Shown: piece by piece, positions 1 to 7,028 of the stretch
Layout: every line of letters starts with the position of its first letter
Position numbering within the stretch: the first letter of the stretch is position 1
Assembly: GCA_041288095.1 (NCBI GenBank)
Contig: JBGGMJ010000019.1
Coordinates: 1 to 10,462 of the forward strand
From: Myxococcota bacterium
Lineage (GTDB): Bacteria > Myxococcota > XYA12-FULL-58-9 > JALHOP01
Direction of reading: 5' to 3'
Length of the DNA stretch: 10,462 bases
Position numbers and translations under genes: made by a program
Notes under the pieces: model-generated
What the model saw: the letters and a program-made list of their open reading frames with translations, nothing else
What the model was told of the DNA's origin: nothing
The model's database searches: none

Positions 1-1155
1 GCCATCATCGTGGTGGTGCTCGGAGCGTTTGCGTTCGGGCTCGCGCGCCACGTCCACGACAGGCGCACGCCCGTCCTCGAGAGCGGACCATCGTACCGGC
101 CACGCGGCGCCTATCACGTGCGCGCCGACGTGCAGGAGCGAGGCCTCGTGTCGCTCGACGCCCTCGCCTCGCGCGCCAAGGCCGCGGGGTTGTCGTTCGT
201 GGTGATCACCGACCCCAACGCCCAGCTCGCCGGCCCCGTCGTCCGCGATGGCGTTGTCATCCTTTCGTATGCGGAGCTCGCGACCCCAGCGGGCCTCGTC
301 GTCGGTCTCGGCACCGGCTACGTATTGTCGGCGGGCGAGCGCATGGCACCGCGTATCCACGAGGCCATCCGGTCCCTCGGCGGCGTGCCGGTCATCAGTC
401 ACCCGAGCGATCCGAAACGGCCGTGGACCGGTGAGCACGAGGGCGCCGGGGGCTTCGAGATCGCGAGCTTCGCTCCGACCTCGCGGCGCCTCGCCGGCAG
501 CTTCTCGTTCGGCCTCGTCCCACTCGTGCTCGGAGCACAGGTCAATGCGCGGCTCGCCTTGGCGCAGCTCTACGAGCGCGACCGCGAAGCCTTGCGCCTC
601 TGGGACGCCGAAACGCGCGACGTCGTCGGGTTCTGCGGCGCCGGCTCGCTGGAGGCCATCGACGCCACCCAGGACCTCTCCACGTGGAACCTCATCCTCG
701 ATGACGCGCTTCCCGACGACCCCGGTCAGCGCCCCGTTGCTCTTCTCGACCAGCTCAGCCGAGGCGCGTTCTTCTGCGCCGCGGGTCTCTTCGGCGAAGC
801 ACCCTACTTCGAATTCGGCGCGCGCAACGGCAACGAGTGGACGGGGAAAAATGGCGGCATCGTGCGCGACATCGACGCGGCCGAGCTGGTCGTCCTCGGT
901 CCGTCGACGACTATCGGCTCGCCTAGCATCGTGCTCTTGCGCAACGGTGAAGACGTCGCGCGGGTGCACGGACGCGAGCTCCGCTATCGCGATCCGACGC
1001 CGGGCATTTACCGCGTCGAGGTGCGTGTTCCCGTGCCCTTCGTGGTGAGCGGCGAGCGCTCGGTGCCGGTCATCTACTCGAACCGTATCCGCGTGGTGTC
1101 GACGCTGCTCCCGGGCATGCTCGAGGACCCCGACGCGCAAGAGCTGTTGCCGTGA
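1..1155 (+). CDS. Membrane-anchored PHP-domain (CehA/McbA-like metallohydrolase fold) protein with C-terminal beta-sandwich; 5'-truncated; metal ligands degenerate
   Basis: The frame is open from base 1 (AIIVVVLGAFAFGLA, a hydrophobic anchor), so the true start is probably upstream of the window. PHP-type motifs appear in order: RGAYHVR, AKAAGLSFVVITDPN, ELATPAGLVVGLG, GGVPVISHP, GFEI, GFCGAGSL. The C-terminus LLRNG...PGIYRVEV...IYSNRIRV matches the domain that usually follows such PHP domains. Stop TGA at 1153-1155. Confidence 0.8.
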   Translation, partial: AIIVVVLGAFAFGLARHVHDRRTPVLESGPSYRPRGAYHVRADVQERGLVSLDALASRAKAAGLSFVVITDPNAQLAGPVVRDGVVILSYAELATPAGLVVGLGTGYVLSAGERMAPRIHEAIRSLGGVPVISHPSDPKRPWTGEHEGAGGFEIASFAPTSRRLAGSFSFGLVPLVLGAQVNARLALAQLYERDREALRLWDAETRDVVGFCGAGSLEAIDATQDLSTWNLILDDALPDDPGQRPVALLDQLSRGAFFCAAGLFGEAPYFEFGARNGNEWTGKNGGIVRDIDAAELVVLGPSTTIGSPSIVLLRNGEDVARVHGRELRYRDPTPGIYRVEVRVPVPFVVSGERSVPVIYSNRIRVVSTLLPGMLEDPDAQELLP

Positions 1156-1790
1156 ACCGCTTCATCGGCTGGATCCTCGCCTGCTTCATGCTGCTCTTGC
1201 GCTGGGTGACGCGAGGCGGCTTCGTGAACGACCCGCGTCCGGCACTACGCGCCGCGAAGACGCCGTACGTCATGGCGGCCTTGCATGCCCACCAGGTCGC
1301 CGCCGTCTGTCACAACGACGAGAAGGGGCTCGTCGCCATGGTGTCGCGGTCGACGGACGGCGATCTGCTGGTGCCGAGCCTGAAGGTGCGCGGCATCATC
1401 CCGGTGCGCGGCTCCTCCAGCAAAAACGGTAAGGACAAGGGCGGCCTGCGCGCGCTGATCAACATGGCTCGGCTCATGGAGCAGGGTCATGGCGCCATCA
1501 TCACGGTCGATGGCCCACGCGGTCCTCGCGGCATCCCGCAGCCGGGTATCGCGGTGCTCGCCCAACGCGCCGACGCGCTGGTCCTGCCGGTGGTCTCGGT
1601 GGCGTCACGCTACTGGACACTGAGCAAAACTTGGGACCGCATGCAGATCCCCAAGCCGTTCAGCCGCGTCCGCATTATTTACGGGCCACCGATTCGCGCC
1701 AACGCCTTTCCGGACAAGCAGGCTTTGCTCGACGAGGTGCAGCGAGCCCTCGCCGCCTTGGAACGCGAGCACGATCCCACGAGCGCCTAA
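1152..1790 (+). CDS. DUF374 / lysophospholipid acyltransferase superfamily protein (LpxJ-like)
   Basis: Family motifs MVSRSTDGD, VRGSSS...GG, ITVDGPRGPR and KTWDRMQIPKPFSR. Hydrophobic N-terminus. The GTG start overlaps the upstream TGA (GTGA at 1152-1155). Confidence 0.9.
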   Translation: MNRFIGWILACFMLLLRWVTRGGFVNDPRPALRAAKTPYVMAALHAHQVAAVCHNDEKGLVAMVSRSTDGDLLVPSLKVRGIIPVRGSSSKNGKDKGGLRALINMARLMEQGHGAIITVDGPRGPRGIPQPGIAVLAQRADALVLPVVSVASRYWTLSKTWDRMQIPKPFSRVRIIYGPPIRANAFPDKQALLDEVQRALAALEREHDPTSA

Positions 1791-1839
1791 GGCAACCTCG
1801 CAAAACCGATCGGCTTGAGGCACAATTGTCCCCGTCGTC

Positions 1840-2565
1840 ATGCGCCGCCCACGCATCGGTTTTGTCGCTTACAACTCCGTCAGAGACCCGACGCGTTTCG
1901 TCGCGCCCATCGACTACATCCAAGCGGTCGAGCGTGCCGGCGCCGACGTCGTCATCGTGCCGCCGGGACCCGCCGCGGCCCACATCCTCGACCTCGTGCA
2001 AGGGCTCGTGCTGGTGGGCGGTGGTGACATCTGCCCTAGCCGCTATAGCGCACAGCCGCACGCGTCGTGTTACGGCATCGACGCGGTCCGAGACGCCACC
2101 GAGCTCGCGGTCCTCGAAGGCGCCATGAAGACGCGCCATCCCCTGCTCGCCATCTGCCGCGGCATGCAGCTCATCAACGTCGCTCTCGGCGGCTCGCTCC
2201 ACCAGCACCTGCCCGATGTCGTCGGCGACAAGGTGACTCACCGTGTCGTCCGCGAAAGCGCTGAGCTGGTCGCTGTCGATCACGAGGTGCGTCTCGAGTC
2301 GTCTTGCCTCGTGGCGCAGGTCTGCGGCTCGCCTCGCATCACCATCGCCTCGACCCATCATCAAGCGGTCGATCGCCTCGGCAACGGCGTCCGCGCGGTG
2401 GGCTGGGCCGACGACGGCGTCGTCGAAGCCATCACCATCGAAGGGCATCCACAGGTCCTCGCGGTGCAATGGCATCCCGAGCTCACGGCCGCGCGCGACC
2501 CGCGGCAGCAGAGCTTGTTCGACTGGCTGGTCCAAGAAGCAAGTGGGACGCGGCGCGCGGCGTAG
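1840..2565 (+). CDS. Gamma-glutamyl-gamma-aminobutyrate hydrolase family protein (peptidase C26, class I glutamine amidotransferase fold; PuuD-like)
   Basis: GLVLVGGGDI, RDATEL, nucleophile elbow AICRGMQLINVALGGSL (Cys codon 2155-2157), STHHQAV and QWHPE. The Cys-His-Glu triad is intact. No other puu genes are in the window, so no symbol is given. Confidence 0.93.
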   Translation: MRRPRIGFVAYNSVRDPTRFVAPIDYIQAVERAGADVVIVPPGPAAAHILDLVQGLVLVGGGDICPSRYSAQPHASCYGIDAVRDATELAVLEGAMKTRHPLLAICRGMQLINVALGGSLHQHLPDVVGDKVTHRVVRESAELVAVDHEVRLESSCLVAQVCGSPRITIASTHHQAVDRLGNGVRAVGWADDGVVEAITIEGHPQVLAVQWHPELTAARDPRQQSLFDWLVQEASGTRRAA

Positions 2566-2587
2566 TTCGTGATAGACGCCCAGGCGC

Positions 2588-3121
2588 ATGGCTCTCAAAT
2601 CCACGATCTACAAAGTCGCTCTCACGGTCGCTGACATCGATCGGGGCCACTACGCCGACTACGCCCTCACCGTCGCGCGCCATCCCTCCGAGACCGACGA
2701 GCGCCTCATGGTGCGTGTGCTCATCTTCGCGATGCATGCCCACGAGCACCTCGAGCTCGGCAAAGGCGTGAGCAGCGCGGAAGAGCCCGATCTTTGGCGC
2801 AAGGACCTCACTGGCGTCATCGAAGAGTGGATCGAGCTCGGTCAGCCTGACGAAAAAGCCGTGATGCGAGCCTGCGGACGCGCCAAGGCCGTCTTCGTGT
2901 ACGCCTACGGCGGCGGCGCGATGCCTTGGTGGAAGGGTGTCGCCGAAGGCCTCGAGCGCGCCAAGAACCTATCGGTGCGCAAGCTCGAGCTCGGGGAGTC
3001 AGGTGCGCTTGCCGCTCTAGCGGACCGTACGTTCGCGTTGCAGGCGACCATTCAGGACGGCCAGGTGCTTCTGAGCAATGACCGCGGCAGCCTCGCTGTC
3101 GATGTCGTCACGCTCCGCTAA
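2588..3121 (+). CDS. yaeQ: YaeQ family protein
   Basis: Characteristic MALKSTIYK...ARHPSETDERLMVR, EEPDLW and WIELGQPDEK motifs. Length of 177 aa is typical. Confidence 0.95.
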   Translation: MALKSTIYKVALTVADIDRGHYADYALTVARHPSETDERLMVRVLIFAMHAHEHLELGKGVSSAEEPDLWRKDLTGVIEEWIELGQPDEKAVMRACGRAKAVFVYAYGGGAMPWWKGVAEGLERAKNLSVRKLELGESGALAALADRTFALQATIQDGQVLLSNDRGSLAVDVVTLR

Positions 3122-4221
3122 AGTGGCCGCAGCTCGACGCCGAGCTCATCGTTGTATCGCCCGAGCAAGAACATCTCTTGTTTTGCGACCATCATCACCG
3201 ACGTCCCTGAACGACCGGCACGACCCGTCCGCCCGATGCGGTGAACGTAGATGTCTTTGTCGCGGGCGACGTCGTAGTGAACGACCCAGTCGAGCCCGGG
3301 CACATCGAGCCCACGCGCGGCGGTGTCGGTGGCGATGAGCACGCGCGCATCACCCTTCTTGAAGTCGCGAATGGCTTGCTCACGGCCCCTCTTCTTGCGT
3401 TCGCTGCTGACGGTAACGGCGCGGACGCCGCTCTCGTTGAGGAAGCGATAGAGGTGGCCGACGGTCTCCAGCTTGTTCACGAAGACGAGCGCCCTCTTGA
3501 TGCGATGCTTGTCGAGGAGCCTCGCCAGCCAAACCTCCTTGCGTCGCTCGTCGAACGTCGTGAAGTAGTGCTCGACCTTGCTCGGCAAGGGCTGAGTCGA
3601 GGGCGCGAGCCGGACGTAGCCTTCGCGCATCAGATCCTTCGCCAGCTGCTCGGCGCGGGGAGCAAAGGTCGCCGAGGTGAAAACGAGCTGCGGCTTGAAC
3701 TCGGGCCTGGAGGCGATCTCGCGCAGGTTCTTCTCGTTGGCCGGCGACAAGATCTCGTCGGTCTCGTCGAGCACGACGGCGCTCATCTGCGCCACCTTGA
3801 GGCGGCGGTCGAAGATCATCTCGATGACTCGCCCCGGCGTCCCGACGATGACCCGCGGGTGCTTCTTGAGTCGCTCTCTCTGCCGATCTGGGTTGGCGCC
3901 GCCGACGAGTGAGGCCCCGGTGATGCCGGGACCTGCGAACGCTTCGGCCACCCGGAGAATTTGAATCGCGAGCTCGGGCGAAGGCGCCAGCACGAGGAGG
4001 CGGAACGCCTCGTCACCACGCATGCGCTGGAGCAGCGGCAGCAAGTAAGCGAGCGTCTTGCCGGTGCCCGTGGCCGATTGGATGAGGACGTCTTTCCCCG
4101 CCAGGATCGGAGCGGCCGCGGCGCGTTGAATCTCCGAGGCCTCGCGGATGCCCGCTTTCTTCAATGCGGCGGCGACGTGCTCCGTGATCTCCAGGCCGCT
4201 GTCGCCAAACCCGCTGCTCAT
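3118..4221 (-). CDS. DEAD/DEAH-box RNA helicase, minimal two-RecA-domain core (YfmL/CshC-like; motif II = DETD)
   Basis: Q motif (SEIQ), Walker A SATGTGKT, Ia APSPELAIQ, GG, Ib TPGRV, II DETD (3757-3768), III SAT, IV LVFVN, V ATDTAARGLD, VI HRIGRTGRAG. No C-terminal extension. Confidence 0.95.
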   Translation of the reverse strand: MSSGFGDSGLEITEHVAAALKKAGIREASEIQRAAAAPILAGKDVLIQSATGTGKTLAYLLPLLQRMRGDEAFRLLVLAPSPELAIQILRVAEAFAGPGITGASLVGGANPDRQRERLKKHPRVIVGTPGRVIEMIFDRRLKVAQMSAVVLDETDEILSPANEKNLREIASRPEFKPQLVFTSATFAPRAEQLAKDLMREGYVRLAPSTQPLPSKVEHYFTTFDERRKEVWLARLLDKHRIKRALVFVNKLETVGHLYRFLNESGVRAVTVSSERKKRGREQAIRDFKKGDARVLIATDTAARGLDVPGLDWVVHYDVARDKDIYVHRIGRTGRAGRSGTSVMMVAKQEMFLLGRYNDELGVELRPL

Positions 4222-4324
4222 GCAGCTCGATTAGCACGGATCTCCATTCGGTCGCGACGTGGCTCGGCAGGTCGGATGAGTGACCGCGGCTGGGCGTCGT
4301 GTTAAGGGGCCCTGCGCCCAAACC

Positions 4325-4329
4325 GAGGA
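4325..4329 (+). promoter_or_regulatory. Shine-Dalgarno site for the DUF1993 gene
   Basis: GAGGA lies 4 nt upstream of the ATG at 4334, supporting that start over the track's 4280. Confidence 0.6.
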
Positions 4330-4333
4330 ATCG

Positions 4334-4840
4334 ATGAATCCCTACAAGATCCTGCTCGAAATGAAGAAGATGCTCCGCAACCTCGACGCCTGGATGGTCA
4401 AGGCGAAGACCCACGCCGAGGCCAAGAAGTTCGACACCGCGGTGCTGGCGCAGTCACGCCTCGCGCCCGACATGCTGCCGTTCGCACGCCAGGTGCAGAT
4501 CTCCTGCGACAGCGCCAAGTTCGCGTTTGCCCGCCTGTCGGGCAAGGAAGCTCCGTCGCACCCCGACACCGAAGCCACTTTCCCCGAGCTGCACGCACGC
4601 ATCGCGAAGGTCCTCGAGAACCTCGACTCGTACGCTGAAGCGGACTTCGCGACCGCCCGGGAACGCATGGTCACGGTGCGTGCGTTCGGAGAGAAGCCCG
4701 TGCCCGCGATGGACTACTTCGTCGAGCACGCCCTTCCGACCTTCTTCTTCCACGTCACGACCGCGTACGCGCTTCTACGCCACCACGGCGTCGACGTCGG
4801 CAAGAAGGACTATCTCGGACCGCTCACCGGCGCCGCTTAG
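4334..4840 (+). CDS. DUF1993 family protein (DinB-like helical bundle)
   Basis: Motifs RLAPDMLPFARQVQISCDSAK, EL.ARI.K and PTFFFHVTTAYALLRHHGVDVGKKDYLG. Start moved to ATG 4334 based on the RBS and the family N-terminus (168 aa). Confidence 0.92.
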   Translation: MNPYKILLEMKKMLRNLDAWMVKAKTHAEAKKFDTAVLAQSRLAPDMLPFARQVQISCDSAKFAFARLSGKEAPSHPDTEATFPELHARIAKVLENLDSYAEADFATARERMVTVRAFGEKPVPAMDYFVEHALPTFFFHVTTAYALLRHHGVDVGKKDYLGPLTGAA

Positions 4841-5242
4841 ATGGCACGCGTCACCGGCATCGGCGGCGTGTTCTTCAAGTCGAAGAGCGACCCGAAAAAG
4901 CTCGCTGCTTGGTACGAGCAGCACTTGGGGCTGAAGCTCGAAGACTTTGGCGGCGCCATTCTCAGGTGGCCGAACGACAAGGCCGAAGATGCCGGGCTCA
5001 CCGTCTGGCACCTGGCCGCGCCGGATAGCCAATGGTTCGGCCCTAGCGAATCGCCGTTCATGATCAACTACCGGGTCGACGACCTGGACGGGATCATCGC
5101 CCAATTGGGGAGCGCCGGGGTCACGCTCCACTCCGGTCCCGAGGCGCACGAAAACGGCAGATTCGCGTGGGTGCTCGACCCCGAGGGCAACAAGGTAGAG
5201 CTCTGGGAACCCAGGCTCTGGGACGCGAAGAACAAGGCATGA
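4841..5242 (+). CDS. VOC / glyoxalase-bleomycin resistance family protein
   Basis: MARVTGIGGVFFK, DP..LAAWY, FMINYRVDDLD and GRFAWVLDPEGNKVELWEP. The ATG directly follows the upstream TAG (0-nt gap). Confidence 0.93.
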   Translation: MARVTGIGGVFFKSKSDPKKLAAWYEQHLGLKLEDFGGAILRWPNDKAEDAGLTVWHLAAPDSQWFGPSESPFMINYRVDDLDGIIAQLGSAGVTLHSGPEAHENGRFAWVLDPEGNKVELWEPRLWDAKNKA

Positions 5243-5251
5243 GGGCGCGCG

Positions 5252-7009
5252 TTACTTCGTGCCCGACGCCTTCCGTAGCCGCTCCGACAAGATCTGAATG
5301 AACACACGGTAGATCTTGAGCGCCAACTGATCGCTCGAGCGGACAAGCTCCTCGAAGCGCTGGCGCGGCAGCACGAACACCTCGGCCGGACCATCGGCTA
5401 TGACGCGCGCGCTGGTGGGAGAAGCGTCGAACAAGCTCATCTCGCCCAACGGGCTGCCGGCGCCGAGACGTGCCAGCTCGGTCGTGCCCTGCGGCGAGAC
5501 CTTCAACACCTTGGCGGCGCCGCTCTTGATCACGAACAAACCCTGCCCCGGCTGGTCTTGCTCGATGAGCACCTCGCCGGCAGCGAACGTGCGGCGGTCG
5601 GCGCGGTCATAGAATTCGCGCGCCTCATCCAGGGACAGCTCGCGGAAGAGCGGCGTGTCCTTGATGACCTCGAAGCCGTCCATGATCGAAACGAGCGGCG
5701 CGCGCTCGGCGACCTCCTCGACTTCCGGAGTCGCTGGAACCGCGGCCTGAGTACCCAGGGACTGGAGCTTGCTCTGCACCCCGGCGTAGTCGACGCGCCA
5801 AGCGGCGATGCGCTCGTAGATGGCTCTCGCCTGCGGGACGCGGCCCTCGGCGTGCAGGAGATCAGCGGCGTGCATGAACAACGGCGCGTTGGCGTCGCCA
5901 ATCTCGTTGCCGCGTAGCAGCTGAATGTAGCGCTTGATCGCGACCATGCGGTGGCCGCCGCGCGCCAGCAACTCGCCTATCATCCGCGCCGCTTCGAAAT
6001 GATCGGGGTGGTCGGGTTGCACGCGTTGCAAGAGCTGCAACGCTTGCTGGCCACGGCCCAGCTCGAAGTAAAGCCGGCCGGCGCGCGCGTGTTCCTGCGC
6101 GTGCTCGAAGCAGGCGGCGGCGCGCGCCTTCTCTCCGACTTCGAGGTAGAGCTCGGCGGCTTGCCGAGGTTGACCGCTGCGCTCGAACATCGCGGCGGCG
6201 TTGGCGCTCGCACCGGCGCGCGCAAAGGTCTCGGCGGCGGCAGCGTAGTCACCGCTTCGCTCGAAGAGCTGCGCGGCTTGCTCGAAATTTCCGAGCGACT
6301 CGAGCACCTCGCCTGCCTTGTGGAAGTCCTTGGCGCCGGCGAGCATGCGCGCGAGCTGCATTTCGAGGTCGCGTTTGCCACGCGCCATCGCGATCAAGGG
6401 AAACCCGATGTCCTCGCGGCAATGGCTGTAGAGCTTGGCGGCTTCTTGCAGGCGCCCGCCCACGATCAACTGCAAGACCACGCGGGTGACGTGATCGAGA
6501 TCCATGAGAGCGTCGCCGCGCAACATGGCTTCGGCGAGAGCGACCGGGTCGGTGACATCGGCTGCCGTTGCCTTGCCATGCTTGGTAGCCAGCTCGCGTC
6601 CGCGCTCGGGATGACCCGCGCGCTCGTAGAGCTCGATGGCGCGATCGATGTTGCCGAGCACGGCGTAGAGCCTGGCGGCGTCCTCGAAGGCTTCGGCGCG
6701 CTCGAAGCACGTCGCCGCTTGCTCACGTTGGTTGCCGCGCAAGTGAGCGCGCGCGGCGCTGCCGAAGTCGCGTGCCGCCGCATAGAGCGCCGCGGCACGT
6801 GCGTGATTGCCCGACGCGAGATAGGCGCCCGCGGCCTCCGTCCTGCGGCCATCGCGCTCCAAGCAAACCGCCGCTTTGTCGACGCGGCCCCCGAGCTTGT
6901 AGGCGGACACGGCACGATCGATGTCGTTGAGCTGCTCCCAGATCGCGCCCGCTTCGGCGTAACGCTTCGCTGCCTCGAGCTTCTGAGCCTCACGTTGCAG
7001 ATCGCTCAT
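5252..7009 (-). CDS. Alpha-helical repeat (13-residue/TPR-like) protein with C-terminal cyclic nucleotide-binding domain
   Basis: Two blocks of 13-aa repeats plus TPR-like helices (about aa 11-417) and a Pro/Glu/Ala linker. The CNBD follows: PLFRELS...GEVLIEQDQPGQGLFVIKSG...LARLGAGSPLGEMSLFD.SPTSARV...RFEELV...LSERLR. SD AAAGGGGA lies 7 nt upstream of the ATG. Confidence 0.88.
   Translation of the reverse strand: MSDLQREAQKLEAAKRYAEAGAIWEQLNDIDRAVSAYKLGGRVDKAAVCLERDGRRTEAAGAYLASGNHARAAALYAAARDFGSAARAHLRGNQREQAATCFERAEAFEDAARLYAVLGNIDRAIELYERAGHPERGRELATKHGKATAADVTDPVALAEAMLRGDALMDLDHVTRVVLQLIVGGRLQEAAKLYSHCREDIGFPLIAMARGKRDLEMQLARMLAGAKDFHKAGEVLESLGNFEQAAQLFERSGDYAAAAETFARAGASANAAAMFERSGQPRQAAELYLEVGEKARAAACFEHAQEHARAGRLYFELGRGQQALQLLQRVQPDHPDHFEAARMIGELLARGGHRMVAIKRYIQLLRGNEIGDANAPLFMHAADLLHAEGRVPQARAIYERIAAWRVDYAGVQSKLQSLGTQAAVPATPEVEEVAERAPLVSIMDGFEVIKDTPLFRELSLDEAREFYDRADRRTFAAGEVLIEQDQPGQGLFVIKSGAAKVLKVSPQGTTELARLGAGSPLGEMSLFDASPTSARVIADGPAEVFVLPRQRFEELVRSSDQLALKIYRVFIQILSERLRKASGTK
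6032..6343 (-). repeat. Protein-level tandem repeat block 2: eight 13-aa units (aa 223-326)
   Basis: LAGAKDFHKAGEV/LESLGNFEQAAQL/FERSGDYAAAAET/FARAGASANAAAM/FERSGQPRQAAEL/YLEVGEKARAAAC/FEHAQEHARAGRL/YFELGRGQQALQL. Confidence 0.85.
6590..6979 (-). repeat. Protein-level tandem repeat block 1: ten 13-aa units (aa 11-140)
   Basis: LEAAKRYAEAGAI/WEQLNDIDRAVSA/YKLGGRVDKAAVC/LERDGRRTEAAGA/YLASGNHARAAAL/YAAARDFGSAARA/HLRGNQREQAATC/FERAEAFEDAARL/YAVLGNIDRAIEL/YERAGHPERGREL. Confidence 0.85.
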
Positions 7010-7016
7010 GCGCGCG

Positions 7017-7024
7017 TCCCCTTT
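7017..7024 (-). promoter_or_regulatory. Shine-Dalgarno site for the repeat-cNMP gene
   Basis: The minus strand reads AAAGGGGA, 7 nt before the ATG at 7009. Confidence 0.6.
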
Positions 7025-7028
7025 GATG

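Noticed and set aside
1798..1826. Possible sigma70 promoter TCGCAA-N17-CACAAT with short palindromes (CCGATCGG, ACAATTGT) before the C26 gene
   Set aside because: Only 3/6 and 4/6 consensus matches, which is not distinguishable from chance without TSS data.
1675..2604. 309-aa minus-strand ORF over the C26 gene, plus other long alternative-frame ORFs (248..1048, 3241..3912, 7743..8351, 8348..8947, 9786..10271)
   Set aside because: These are shadow ORFs over better-supported genes. They are Arg/Ser/Pro-rich or antisense mirrors with no recognisable domains.
4249..4296. Superficial resemblance to a ZTP (pfl) riboswitch (GGTCGCGAC...GAGTGACC...CTGGGC)
   Set aside because: It lacks the P2 hairpin and the GACUGGCG/CGCC pseudoknot pairing, and the downstream genes are not purine or folate related. 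An Rfam cmscan would settle it.
5243..5264. Hairpin GGGCGCG/CGTGCCC between the convergent VOC and cNMP genes as a terminator
   Set aside because: No U-tract on either strand, and the 3' arm lies in coding sequence.
3118..7009. Helicase plus cNMP-domain protein as an anti-phage (Pycsar/CBASS-like) system
   Set aside because: No cyclase, TIR, nuclease or transmembrane effector is present. The helicase is an ordinary RNA DEAD-box type, separated from the cNMP gene by two opposite-strand genes.
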